Shown: one piece after another, positions 20,184 through 29,771 of the stretch
Layout: every line of letters begins with the position of its first letter
Numbering within the stretch: position 1 is the stretch's first letter
Assembly (NCBI GenBank): GCA_024276905.1
Contig: JAJRWF010000148.1
Coordinates: 9,821 to 73,820 of the forward strand
Length of the DNA stretch: 64,000 bases
Source: Deltaproteobacteria bacterium
GTDB lineage: Bacteria > Desulfobacterota > Desulfuromonadia > Desulfuromonadales > Geopsychrobacteraceae
Direction: 5' to 3'
The notes under the pieces: model-generated
What the model saw: the letters and a program-made list of their open reading frames with translations, nothing else
What the model was told of the DNA's origin: nothing
Databases searched by the model: none
Made by a program: the position numbers and the translations under genes

Positions 20184-20999
20184 ATGTCGCTGGACACAAA
20201 AATGACCAACCTCCACAACCTGTTGCAGGAGATGCGACGGGTTGTGGTCGCATTTTCGGGCGGAGTCGACTCGACCTTTCTGCTCAAGGTCGCCTGTGAT
20301 TGCCTCGGCCCGCAGAATGTTGTTGCCCTCACGGCAACCTCCCCCACCTATCCCGAATACGAATATCAACAAGCCTGCGAACTTGCTGAAGAGATGGGCG
20401 TTGAGCAGATCGTGATTGAAAGCAATGAGCTTGAGATTCCCGGTTTTGCCGACAATCCACCACGCCGTTGCTACCACTGCAAGCACGAGCTCTTCAGCCT
20501 CTGCCTTGAGCAGGCTGAAGAACGCGGAATCGCTACAGTCCTCGACGGCTCGAACCTTGACGACGTGGGTGATTATCGCCCGGGCCGCGATGCGGTCAAG
20601 GAGCTTCAGGTGCGCTCCCCGCTCCTTGAAGCCGGGCTCGGCAAAGCGGATATTCGTGAACTGAGCCGCAAACTCGGATTACGAACCTGGGATAAACAGG
20701 CGTTTGCCTGTCTTTCGTCACGATTTCCTTATGGCATAAAGATTACCTCGGAGCGTTTACGCCAGATCGACAGCTGCGAAAACTTTTTACGCGAGAACGG
20801 ATTCAGTAACTACCGGGTTCGCTATCATGACGAAATAGCCCGCGTCGAAGTTGCTCCTGAAGAAATCAACAGACTGCTGGATCTCGAGCTACGCAACACT
20901 CTGGTCACGACATTTAAACAGGCCGGCTTTACCTTTGTAACCCTTGACCTGCAGGGTTATCGCACCGGCAGCATGAACGCAACCCTGCCCCAGGCGTGA
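20184..20999 (+). CDS. larE: PP-loop ATP-utilising sulfur transferase, LarE-like
   Basis: PP-loop VAFSGGVDS and a downstream CLSSRFPYG Cys motif. 271 aa. Confidence 0.75.
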   Translation: MSLDTKMTNLHNLLQEMRRVVVAFSGGVDSTFLLKVACDCLGPQNVVALTATSPTYPEYEYQQACELAEEMGVEQIVIESNELEIPGFADNPPRRCYHCKHELFSLCLEQAEERGIATVLDGSNLDDVGDYRPGRDAVKELQVRSPLLEAGLGKADIRELSRKLGLRTWDKQAFACLSSRFPYGIKITSERLRQIDSCENFLRENGFSNYRVRYHDEIARVEVAPEEINRLLDLELRNTLVTTFKQAGFTFVTLDLQGYRTGSMNATLPQA

Positions 21000-21077
21000 A
21001 GAGTGAGGCGAGAGGGGTGATGGCCTGTTTTTACTGCATTTTTTTATGCACCTCAGCCCTGACTCTTCACTCTTCAC
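20996..21077. repeat. palindromic heptad element (inverted arrays of GTGAAGA/GTGAGGC-type heptads)
   Basis: GTGAAGAGTGAGGCGAGAGGGGTGATGG ... CACCTCAGCCCTGACTCTTCACTCTTCAC. The terminal 11 nt are perfect inverted repeats. It overlaps the larE stop codon. Confidence 0.65.
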
Positions 21078-21102
21078 AGATCGACATGAAATGGAGATCG
21101 AT

Positions 21103-21525
21103 ATGCCGAAGAACAGTGCCCTGTTAGCTGTCTGTTTTGTCGGAGGACTGATTGGTGGCCTGGCCTGCAGTGTCTTCATCTGGATGATGGGTAACTGGGG
21201 GGTTACCTCAATGCTCAACGTGCAGATCACCCCCGAACTGACGGCGGGCTGGCTCTACCCGCGCCTGATCTGGGGCGGCATCTGGGGGATTCCCTATTTT
21301 CTCAGCGTCGGTGTTCCGCGCGCCCGCCGCCACTGGGTACGCAAAGGACTCTACCTGAGTCTGCTGCCGACCCTCTACATGCTCTTCTTCGTTTGCCCCT
21401 ACCAACTGGACAAAGGTCAGGCCGGCCTCGCTCTCGGCCTGTTGACTCCAGCTGTGGTTCTGGTCACCAATCTGGTCTGGGGCTTTTTTACCGGGGTCTT
21501 CACCCGCCTTTTCTGGGGAAGATAA
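21103..21525 (+). CDS. hypothetical integral membrane protein
   Basis: GGAG precedes the ATG at 21103 (MPKNSALLAVCFVGGLIGGLA...). The track start 21046 lies inside the palindromic element. About 4 TM helices. Confidence 0.55.
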   Translation: MPKNSALLAVCFVGGLIGGLACSVFIWMMGNWGVTSMLNVQITPELTAGWLYPRLIWGGIWGIPYFLSVGVPRARRHWVRKGLYLSLLPTLYMLFFVCPYQLDKGQAGLALGLLTPAVVLVTNLVWGFFTGVFTRLFWGR

Positions 21526-22043
21526 TGTCTGCGGGGCAGCGATTGCAGAAACGCTCTTGTGAAGCTCTGCTCGGGCTGCTGCTGATCTTGCTCTTCAGCG
21601 TCAGCGCTGGCGCCGAAACCCACAGCGGCAAAGTCAGCTGGATCTACGACGGCGACACCATAAAGGTCGCTGGAATCGGCAAGGTCCGGCTGCTCGGTAT
21701 CGATTCTCCCGAAAAAGAGGATTCGCCCCGCGATGACTATTACCTGAGGCGCCATCAGTTCAGTCGCGACAGTCTGCGGCGTATTGCTCAGCTGGCACTC
21801 AAATTTAATATCCGACAACTCAAAGGCCGCAGGATTGAACTGCAATTCGACCGGGAAAAAACCGACCGCTACGGCCGGACCCTTGCCTACGTCATCCTGC
21901 CGGACGGCCGCATGCTGAACCGTCTGCTGCTCGAACAGGGGCTGGCGACCGTCTACAGACGTTTTGATTTCCGCCTGAAAAAAGACTTTCTACGAGCAGA
22001 AAAAACAGCCCGTGACCAGAAACGAGGTTTGTGGCATAAATAG
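21525..22043 (+). CDS. thermonuclease (SNase-like) family secreted nuclease
   Basis: Start at the TAATG overlap (21525). The signal peptide is followed by GKVSWIYDGDTIKV...VRLLGIDSPE...DRYGRTLAYV. Confidence 0.8.
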   Translation: MSAGQRLQKRSCEALLGLLLILLFSVSAGAETHSGKVSWIYDGDTIKVAGIGKVRLLGIDSPEKEDSPRDDYYLRRHQFSRDSLRRIAQLALKFNIRQLKGRRIELQFDREKTDRYGRTLAYVILPDGRMLNRLLLEQGLATVYRRFDFRLKKDFLRAEKTARDQKRGLWHK

Positions 22044-22121
22044 TCCTGTGAGGCGTCAGGCGGAAGCATGAGCAGGAACCTCTGAGAGAGACCGGTCCTG
22101 ACTGTAACCGAGGAACTTATT

Positions 22122-23243
22122 GTGGAATCTTTGACCCAATTCAGCCAGTTGCTCGACCAGAGTTTTGCCGGGATCAGTATCGGTCGTATCCTGCTGGCCG
22201 GGACCGTCCTTTTCCTGGCCCTGCTGCTGCGTCACCTGCTGGCCCAGATGCTGGCTCGTACACTCTTTGCGACCGTGCGGCGGACCACCGGCGAGGTGGA
22301 CGATATCCTGCTGGAGCAACTGCGACGTCCGACCAGCTTTCTGGTCATGATCGGTGGGCTCTGGCTGGCAACCTCTCTCCTTTCGCTCCCCAGTGAGCCG
22401 GTCGATCTGGCTGCCAGGGCTGACGAAATCATCCGCCTGCTCTTCATCGTCAATATCGGCTGGTTTCTGTTCAACTTTGTCGGCCTGCTCGATGCCTGGC
22501 TTGGACACCTGACACAAAAAACCGAATCGACTCTTGATGACCACCTGCTGCCCTTTATTCGCAAGGGCCTGCGCACCTTTGTCGTGCTGATGATGTCACT
22601 GATGCTGGCCCAGACCCTCGGCTATCCGATCTCGGGTCTACTGGCATCCCTTGGTATCGGCGGCCTGGCCATCGCCCTGGCGGCCAAAGACAGTCTGGAA
22701 AATATTTTCGGGTCACTGATGATCATCCTGGATCGCCCCTTCCAGATCGGCGACTGGGTCAAAGCCGGAGAGATCGAAGGCACGGTTGAAGAAATCGGTT
22801 TTCGCTCAACGCGTATCCGCACCTTTGCCAAGACCCTGATCACCATTCCCAACAGCACCCTCACCAACCTGGCGATCAACAATTACAGCCGGATGCCGAA
22901 GCGCCGGATCAAAATGACCGTCGGCGTCAGCTATGCCACCACCCCGGCCCAGATGCGCGCCGCCGTCGAAAACATTCGACAACTACTGCGCGAACACCCC
23001 GCCATTGACCAGGAATTTTTTCTGGTTAACTTCACCGACTTCGGTGATTCCAGCCTCAATATCCTGATCTACTGCTTTACCCGGACAACCGTCTGGGGAG
23101 AATACCTCGATGCCCGACAAGATGTTTGTCTGAAGATCATGGATACTCTAGAGGCGATGAAGCTTGAGATTGCTTTTCCGAGCCGTACGATCTATCTCGA
23201 AGATCTCCGCAATCCGGATCAGGCAGAATCTGCAAACTCATGA
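22122..23243 (+). CDS. mechanosensitive ion channel (MscS family)
   Basis: 373 aa with a GTG start. TM helices followed by ...FQIGDWVKAGEIEGTVEEIGFRSTRIRT.... Confidence 0.9.
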   Translation: MESLTQFSQLLDQSFAGISIGRILLAGTVLFLALLLRHLLAQMLARTLFATVRRTTGEVDDILLEQLRRPTSFLVMIGGLWLATSLLSLPSEPVDLAARADEIIRLLFIVNIGWFLFNFVGLLDAWLGHLTQKTESTLDDHLLPFIRKGLRTFVVLMMSLMLAQTLGYPISGLLASLGIGGLAIALAAKDSLENIFGSLMIILDRPFQIGDWVKAGEIEGTVEEIGFRSTRIRTFAKTLITIPNSTLTNLAINNYSRMPKRRIKMTVGVSYATTPAQMRAAVENIRQLLREHPAIDQEFFLVNFTDFGDSSLNILIYCFTRTTVWGEYLDARQDVCLKIMDTLEAMKLEIAFPSRTIYLEDLRNPDQAESANS

Positions 23244-23303
23244 AACAAACCACAAAAAAAACCCTTACTTAATAAATTATAAGTGTTTGAAATCAAAGGC
23301 TTT

Positions 23304-23319
23304 TGGCAAATTTGTTGCA
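23304..23319 (+). promoter_or_regulatory. sigma-54 (-24/-12) promoter candidate upstream of the GGDEF-PilZ gene
   Basis: TGGCAA-ATTTG-TTGCA with canonical GG/GC spacing, about 140 nt upstream of the ATG at 23458. Confidence 0.6.
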
Positions 23320-23457
23320 CATCTCATCCTGTCTCCGCCCGTTTAATACTCTGCACAGCAAATAGCCGCAAGAATGCGTATACGCACCGCCATCTCACCG
23401 GAAAACGGCCTACGGAGGCAGTCTTGACTCAGTTCCGCAACAAGGAGGTCTTTGACG

Positions 23458-24612
23458 ATGGATACTGTTACCATGCGGGAAGGAATCCGGCAGATTTTCA
23501 GTGATTGCGGTGAAGATGACAATCGCCTGTTTGTCGCTATCGAAGCACTGGCGCAAACGCAGGGCGAACGAACCTATCACGAGACGCTGAGCTACCTGTT
23601 TGCCAAAGATTTCAGCCTCGATCGCGCCGGACATTACTGGCGCGAAGCAACAGCCTCCATCCGCAAACCGGATGGCAGCATTCATTCTTTTCGTGCCGCG
23701 CTGCTCGATTATCTGCGCCACAAAACCAATGAACTGACCGATCCTCGAATTATCGAATCGCACGAACTTGAAGAGATTCGTCGCTCTGCAATTACCGACG
23801 GCCTGACCTGTCTCTACAACCAGAGCTATTTCAAACAGCAATTGCAGCAAGCCACGGAACTCGCCAGCCGAGAACCCGGTCAGACCTTCAGTCTCATCCT
23901 CTTTGATCTCGACCACTTCAAACAGTTTAACGACCGTTGTGGCCACCTGCAGGGGGATCAGGTCTTGCGCCAGATCAGTGACATCATCCGTAGTCGCACC
24001 GAAGACCTCGATCTTCCGGCCCGTTATGGCGGTGAAGAGTTCGCCATTCTGCTGCCCGACTGCAACCTCGAAGAGGCTATCCAGCGGGCCGAATCGATTC
24101 GCAATGCTGTCGACGACGAGGTCTTCACCGGTCAGGAGCGCCTCGACAGCAACAATCTCACTCTCAGTGGCGGGGTTTCCAGCTACCCTTTGCATGGCAC
24201 CGACTGCGGAGAACTGATTGAGGCCGCTGACCGGCATCTTTACGAGGCCAAGGCGACCCGCAACAGCATCCTGCCCCGACTCGATGACACCCGTACCGCC
24301 AGTCGTCATCAATTTCGCAATATCGTGGAACTTCGATTTGCTGATCAGGAACAGTATCGCTCAACCCTGTCGGCGGATATCAGTCGTTCAGGCCTGTCAC
24401 TCAAATGCGACCGTTCGCCAGAGATCGGAACCAGAGTTGAACTACGCTTTTGCTACCCTTTCTGGCCGCAAAACCTTGAGGTCGCCGGCACCGTCCGTCA
24501 CATCGGCGGAACCTCAACCGCGGGAGCCTTCAGGCTCGGCATCCAGTTTGACCGTCCCCTGGATGACTTCTGCCACCTGCTGCTACCAGAATCGATCGGC
24601 AGTCAGGACTGA
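23458..24612 (+). CDS. diguanylate cyclase (GGDEF) with C-terminal PilZ-like domain
   Basis: RYGGEEFAILL active-site motif. C-terminal RFADQEQYRSTLSADISRSGLSL resembles PilZ. AAGGAGG precedes the ATG at 23458 (the track start 23452 is a TTG). Confidence 0.85.
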   Translation: MDTVTMREGIRQIFSDCGEDDNRLFVAIEALAQTQGERTYHETLSYLFAKDFSLDRAGHYWREATASIRKPDGSIHSFRAALLDYLRHKTNELTDPRIIESHELEEIRRSAITDGLTCLYNQSYFKQQLQQATELASREPGQTFSLILFDLDHFKQFNDRCGHLQGDQVLRQISDIIRSRTEDLDLPARYGGEEFAILLPDCNLEEAIQRAESIRNAVDDEVFTGQERLDSNNLTLSGGVSSYPLHGTDCGELIEAADRHLYEAKATRNSILPRLDDTRTASRHQFRNIVELRFADQEQYRSTLSADISRSGLSLKCDRSPEIGTRVELRFCYPFWPQNLEVAGTVRHIGGTSTAGAFRLGIQFDRPLDDFCHLLLPESIGSQD

Positions 24613-24819
24613 TTTTCACCACCAAGACGCTGAGGCTCGTGTTGCGTGCGGTGAGTTTTGCCTTCGAATTCTGGCCATTTCGATTTTCTTTATGCCCATA
24701 GTGACTTCGGGTAAATACAGAATTTGCCCCTGCGCAAAATCGGCTCTCGACTTACCGCTTAAACCTGCCTATCCTGTATTTCACACCACCGACAAGACAG
24801 AACAAGGGGAAGATAGCAT

Positions 24820-25947
24820 ATGGCGGCAACAGTCTGGATGGCGGACCTTCGCGCTGGAAACCGCGAGAACATGTTCAGCAAGCTCGAACGTCTTCTTGAG
24901 CAGGCAGGTCTTTCCAGGGTCATCAGCAAGGAGGATCTCAGTGCAATCAAGATTCACTTCGGTGAGAAGGGCGGCCATGCTTACATCCGTCCGGTCTTTA
25001 TCCGCCGGATCGTCGATGCAATTCGGGCCCTTGGCGGCAAACCCTTTCTCACTGACAGTTGCACTCTTTATCCGGGACAGCGCAAGGAAGCGGTTTCAGC
25101 GCTAGGCAACGGAATTGAAAACGGCTTTGCCTACGCCGTAGTCGGGGCGCCGCTGCTTATGTGCGATGGCTTGCGCGGACATTCTTCACGCCGGGTTTCG
25201 ATTCCGGGTGAACTGCTGCAGAGTGCGGATATCGGGCTGGAAATTCTGGAGGCCGACACCCTGATCGCAGTCAGCCATTTCAAGTGTCACGAACTGACCG
25301 GTTTCGGTGGCACGATCAAAAATTTGGCCATGGGGTGCTCAAGTCGAGAAGGCAAACTGGAGCAGCATTCGACCGTTGCCCCGGTCGTGGCCGACAAACA
25401 TTGTACCCGCTGCGCAGCCTGCCTGCCCGGCTGCGCCCATGACGCCATCGAGATCAATCAGAAAGCAGCATTTGTCGATTCGCAACGTTGTACCGGTTGC
25501 GGCCGCTGCATCAGCCTCTGTCCGACCGGAGCGCTTCAGATCCAGTGGAACGAAGAAGCAGGTAAGGTGATGCGCAAGATGGCCGAATATGCCTTTGCGG
25601 CTCTGAAAGACAAACAAAACAAAACCCTTTTCATCAATTTCATCACCCAGGTCAGCCCTTCATGTGACTGTTACGGACACTCCGACGCCGCGATTGTCCC
25701 GGATATCGGTATTCTCGCCGCAGACGACCCGGTTGCTCTCGATCAAGCCTGCGCCGATCTGGTCAATCAGGCCCAGGGTCTGTCCGGAACTGCACTGAGC
25801 AGCGGTCATGAACCGGGTGGAGACAAGTTTCGCGGCGTTCATCCCGCGATTGACTGGGAAATTACCCTTGAGCATGGTGAAAAAATCGGACTGGGGTCAA
25901 GGAAATATGAACTGAAAAGATTGGAGCCGAAGGGCAAAGGCTGGTGA
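24820..25947 (+). CDS. DUF362-like protein with 2x[4Fe-4S] ferredoxin insert
   Basis: CTRCAACLPGCAHDAI and CTGCGRCISLCPTGAL within a 375-aa ORF. Confidence 0.75.
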   Translation: MAATVWMADLRAGNRENMFSKLERLLEQAGLSRVISKEDLSAIKIHFGEKGGHAYIRPVFIRRIVDAIRALGGKPFLTDSCTLYPGQRKEAVSALGNGIENGFAYAVVGAPLLMCDGLRGHSSRRVSIPGELLQSADIGLEILEADTLIAVSHFKCHELTGFGGTIKNLAMGCSSREGKLEQHSTVAPVVADKHCTRCAACLPGCAHDAIEINQKAAFVDSQRCTGCGRCISLCPTGALQIQWNEEAGKVMRKMAEYAFAALKDKQNKTLFINFITQVSPSCDCYGHSDAAIVPDIGILAADDPVALDQACADLVNQAQGLSGTALSSGHEPGGDKFRGVHPAIDWEITLEHGEKIGLGSRKYELKRLEPKGKGW

Positions 25948-25963
25948 GAGAAAGACTTGATTC

Positions 25964-25997
25964 GTGAGGGGTGAGGCGAAAAGAGTTAGGGGTTCAG
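25964..25997. repeat. heptad-type G-rich element
   Basis: GTGAGGG GTGAGGC GAAAAGA GTTAGGG GTTCAG, directly after the DUF362 gene. Confidence 0.45.
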
Positions 25998-26073
25998 AAT
26001 CGGCAAATCCCTGCGGGTCGCCACGGTACACACCCCTTGGCCACGTAACCTTGCGGGTCGGGGCTCGACGAAC

Positions 26074-27387
26074 TTAAAGTTTTTTATTCGATGTCGCATC
26101 TAACTTACGTACAATCTCACCCAGCATTTCCTTGCCGCTATCTCCCCTAAAACCATGCAGCGGCAGTAGATAAAACGCATCTTCAAAACGCCGGATGCCG
26201 ACCGCACGATAGGGGATAATAAACGCGGCACAGAGCCCGAGAATCAATATTACCGAGGCAATCCAGACAATGACCTCTCCCGGATCTTTCGACAACTGGA
26301 ACCCGGTGGTCCAGAAACCGGATTTGTCGCGGCCGTAGGCCGTCTGGTAGATTTTTACTCCGCGCCAGGTCAAAGGTTCATTGACTCGAATCGTCCCCTG
26401 CTTGACCACACGGCCTTTTTCAACAATCGCAACATCGCTTTCTATCTGCTTGACGATCGGATCGCGAAACTGAATATTCTTAGCCTGAAAACCGGGGTTT
26501 TTCAATCCTCCGAACCGCTCGCCGTCAGCAAACAGCAGGTAATCACCGACAAAAGCTCCACCACGGAAGATCCCCAGAGTCAGCACCTTGTCATCAGGAT
26601 TAAAATGTTTGACCAACACCCGCCAACGGCCGGCGGCCAACGCAATCGATTCTCCCTCCAGACGGGTGAATGTCCCGATTTTCTGTCCTTCTGCCGGGTC
26701 GACCAGATCAAAACGCAAAGTCATCGGGTAGTAGTGCAACTCAAAGCGGTCGACGCGCAGTGCAAAACCAAGCGGCTTGTCACTCTGACTGTCCCAATCG
26801 AAATAAATCCGGTTTTCATCGTGCAGATAGGTATTGATGGTGCCGACAAAACCTTGCTGACCAAGAACAGCGCCGAACATGATCGCCAGCAGACTACAAT
26901 GAACCAGGGTTGAACCCCAGCGTCCGGTGCGGCCACGCCGGGCCCAGAGCCGGTTCCCGGTCAGATCACCGCGATAACCGAGCCCGGCAAGAACGCTCTG
27001 CAGATCATCAAGGGATTCGTTCTTCAGCCGGATCGCGGCAGCGGGCAGTTGCGCCAGTTGTTCGGCAAAGCGCTGGCGGTCGCGCAGATTCCGACTTATC
27101 GTTCGGATAGTGCAAACCAACAGGTTCAGCGCCAGCAATAGCAACAGACCCCGAAACCAGGGGGATTGGTAGAAAAGATCGTAACGTCCCATTTCGGGAC
27201 GAACCACTGTCCCGGGAATCGCCACGACCGCCATCCCCAACAGCAGGGTGATTGTCAATTTAACCGAGCTGAAAAAACGCCAGAGAACCAAAATAGACCG
27301 TTTGCATGAGAAGAGCAGAACCAAACAGAACCTGCGCAAATGGTAACAGAAGGGCTGCGCCAGGTCATCATTTTTATCCTGTATCAT
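26074..27387 (-). CDS. ResB/Ccs1-like cytochrome c biogenesis protein (System II)
   Basis: 437 aa. N-terminal FSSVKLTITLLLGMAVVAIPGTVV TM, a large periplasmic segment, C-terminal TM. No ccsA/resC partner next to it. Confidence 0.65.
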   Translation of the reverse strand: MIQDKNDDLAQPFCYHLRRFCLVLLFSCKRSILVLWRFFSSVKLTITLLLGMAVVAIPGTVVRPEMGRYDLFYQSPWFRGLLLLLALNLLVCTIRTISRNLRDRQRFAEQLAQLPAAAIRLKNESLDDLQSVLAGLGYRGDLTGNRLWARRGRTGRWGSTLVHCSLLAIMFGAVLGQQGFVGTINTYLHDENRIYFDWDSQSDKPLGFALRVDRFELHYYPMTLRFDLVDPAEGQKIGTFTRLEGESIALAAGRWRVLVKHFNPDDKVLTLGIFRGGAFVGDYLLFADGERFGGLKNPGFQAKNIQFRDPIVKQIESDVAIVEKGRVVKQGTIRVNEPLTWRGVKIYQTAYGRDKSGFWTTGFQLSKDPGEVIVWIASVILILGLCAAFIIPYRAVGIRRFEDAFYLLPLHGFRGDSGKEMLGEIVRKLDATSNKKL

Positions 27388-27513
27388 TATCCCCCGGACC
27401 CGGTTGCCGAGCTTAATGTTCTGGTCTATCCTTCGACAATCCTCTACAATAACAGCGCGGATTTACTCAACCTGGCGACAACAAGCCAATCGTTTTCCAG
27501 ACAAGGCTTCTCC

Positions 27514-28269
27514 ATGAAAAAGTACCTCTATCTTCTGCTCGTCTGCAGCCTGTTTTTTACGGCCTGCCAATCTGAAAACACCGACCATTCCGCTTCGTTG
27601 TCACAAACAAGCAGCCCGGTAACAACCAGTGAAGCAACCAGCGACAAGACAAAAGAGAACCCGGCCCCGCAAGCAGTACCGCCATCCCCGCCGCTGTATG
27701 AAAATTTTCAGTCACGCCCGCAATTATCACTCTTTCCACGGGCCGGTGCTTTCCGGCCGGAGGACGATGATGAACAAGGACTCCAGTTCTGGCGTACCTA
27801 TATTGACCATATGGTCCGCACCTCTGGACCGATCAAGCCGGACGCAGATGCTGAAAATATCGTTTTTGGTTTTCGGGCGATCAAGGGACTTGATTCGGTC
27901 GGTGTTTTTGCTACAATCGCAGTCAAGCCGAGCACGTCTTACGCTGTCAGTGCCCGCTTCACCTGCAACCTGACCGAAGGTGCCAGCACCGGAATCGGCC
28001 TGCAGGAATTCAACAAGTTCATGTGGATAGGGGAACAATACTCCGAGTCTTTGGCCCGTCAAACGCAACTCGGAACGCAACAAGGTTTCAGTCTGAGCGG
28101 AAAGGTCGAAAAGCAGTTAAATACCTTCACTTTCACCACCGGCCCGGAAACAAGGATGGTCCACCTGATTTTCTTTCGTGATGGCAGCCATGACCGCAAT
28201 CCTGTCCTGATCGATGATATTGAAATCAAGGTTTCAGGCTCCAGTCAACATGCCCCGGAACAGAAATAA
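27514..28269 (+). CDS. hypothetical lipoprotein
   Basis: MKKYLYLLLVCSLFFTAC lipobox at the internal ATG 27514 (the track ORF starts at 27340, overlapping the ResB-like gene). Confidence 0.6.
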   Translation: MKKYLYLLLVCSLFFTACQSENTDHSASLSQTSSPVTTSEATSDKTKENPAPQAVPPSPPLYENFQSRPQLSLFPRAGAFRPEDDDEQGLQFWRTYIDHMVRTSGPIKPDADAENIVFGFRAIKGLDSVGVFATIAVKPSTSYAVSARFTCNLTEGASTGIGLQEFNKFMWIGEQYSESLARQTQLGTQQGFSLSGKVEKQLNTFTFTTGPETRMVHLIFFRDGSHDRNPVLIDDIEIKVSGSSQHAPEQK

Positions 28270-28342
28270 ATCCTGCGACCTGCCGACCCTGATTTCCCAT
28301 CCCGCCGAGTGCTCTGTTCCTGGTTTCTGCCCGCATCGCGGA

Positions 28343-29374
28343 CTACCACATTTCTTCAACCAGCAGATCTATGCCACGCAGTGCCTGTCCGGTCTTGATC
28401 TGAATGGAGCTGTCCTGACTGCCGATATAACGACCGTAAAGTTCGCCCGGCCCCGGCGCACCCCCCAACTTATCACGTGCCGCCAGATAGTAGGTCCCAC
28501 CCTTCGGAAAGCTGAGAACGTACTCTCCTGCAGCGTTTGAGGGTTGTGAAACATAACGTGGTCGATTGAGCATCACTGCATCTGCGTAGAGCAGAACCCG
28601 GACTCCGGCAACCGGCGATCCGACGGCGTTGAGAATACGACCACGGACGCTGGTCTGACCGAACAGTTTGCCTGCCAGACGTTCGACCTTCTGTGGCACC
28701 TCGACCATGTCAATACCGATTCGCGCAACCTCGCCCTCTTTAATAACCAAGGGGTTTCCGGCGTAATAGCCGAAGAAATCTCCGGCCTGCAAGGGGCCGG
28801 AAAACTGGCCACTGTTGCGCTTGCGTGCCACCAGGTAATAGGTCCCTGCTGACAGCGCCATCTCGACGTATCCGGTTTCGTCAGACGGTGCCGTCATCCC
28901 CAGTCCCATTCCTTTCAGCTGGGTATTTAGATCGGTATATACCGTCAGCACGACCCCGGTGATCGGTTGGCCATGCAGACTGATCCTGCCGAGCACCCCG
29001 GTTTCAACCATGGGCTCATCTTCCGGTATGGGGGGCTGCCGCAACGACAGGGTCAGTTTAAGATCATGGGTTCCCTGGTGATTAATGTTGATCGGATTGC
29101 GTCCGTAGTAACCGAACTCGGACGCACCAGCAGCAATAAAATAGTATTCCCCGGGCTCCACATCGAGTTCGAAGCGACCGGCTTTGTCGGAAGGAGCAGA
29201 CAGGTAGGGAGCCTCACCCGTAAAATCAGTCGCTGACACCGGCCAGGCACTGACCCTTATTGCGGCAATTCCCTGGCCGGCAACCGCAACCTTGCCCGAG
29301 ACAGGGACGAGTCCGGCCACTACCGGAGTCACAAGAGACAGCATAAGGATAACAATTGAGAGGCTCAACTTCAT
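28343..29374 (-). CDS. secreted protein with repeated carboxypeptidase-regulatory-like (CarboxypepD_reg) domains
   Basis: Signal peptide, then three repeats of the type G.V...G.pi.g..V......fel.v.pG.Yyl.A. Confidence 0.65.
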   Translation of the reverse strand: MKLSLSIVILMLSLVTPVVAGLVPVSGKVAVAGQGIAAIRVSAWPVSATDFTGEAPYLSAPSDKAGRFELDVEPGEYYFIAAGASEFGYYGRNPININHQGTHDLKLTLSLRQPPIPEDEPMVETGVLGRISLHGQPITGVVLTVYTDLNTQLKGMGLGMTAPSDETGYVEMALSAGTYYLVARKRNSGQFSGPLQAGDFFGYYAGNPLVIKEGEVARIGIDMVEVPQKVERLAGKLFGQTSVRGRILNAVGSPVAGVRVLLYADAVMLNRPRYVSQPSNAAGEYVLSFPKGGTYYLAARDKLGGAPGPGELYGRYIGSQDSSIQIKTGQALRGIDLLVEEMW

Positions 29375-29418
29375 AAGATACTCACACTTTTCAAAATATC
29401 AGAATGCATTTTAACCCT

Positions 29419-29457
29419 GACGAGAAAAGGCCGGGAATATCCCGGCCTTTTCTCGTC
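29419..29457 (-). terminator. strong hairpin terminator after 18-codon ORF copy 1
   Basis: GACGAGAAAAGGCCGGG-5 nt-CCCGGCCTTTTCTCGTC, a perfect 17-bp stem. Confidence 0.75.
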
Positions 29458-29476
29458 ATAACGCTTACATTGTGCT

Positions 29477-29533
29477 TCAGCAGGGATGAACGTTACTGCT
29501 GCCCACAACTTTAGGCTTCATGTACTTTTTCAT
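29477..29533 (-). CDS. 18-aa peptide MKKYMKPKVVGSSNVHPC (copy 1)
   Basis: AAGGAGG lies 5 nt before the ATG. Paralog of 31297..31353. Differences between the copies are synonymous or conservative. Too short for the ORF track. Confidence 0.55.
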   Translation of the reverse strand: MKKYMKPKVVGSSNVHPC

Positions 29534-29668
29534 CTTGGCCTCCTTGATCTGTGGTTATCGGTTAATCCGTGGTAGTCGGTGATAAAACGTAATTAACGCG
29601 GTAAGTTTACTTCTTTTCACGGCAGATTTCTACTGTTTCTACGAAATTTTCTATTGCTGATGAGATCT

Positions 29669-29684
29669 TGCAAAAAACAAACCA
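29669..29684 (-). promoter_or_regulatory. sigma-54-like -24/-12 element upstream of peptide copy 1
   Basis: The minus strand reads TGGTTT-GTTTT-TTGCA with correct GG/GC spacing, about 135 nt upstream of the ATG at 29533. The -24 half is weak. Confidence 0.4.
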
Positions 29685-29771
29685 GTGGTCAATTATCGAC
29701 CTTCCCTCTTTCGCCTGATTGCTCAAACCTCTATACTCGTATCTTCAAAATAACGCTATTTAGGAGTTTTT

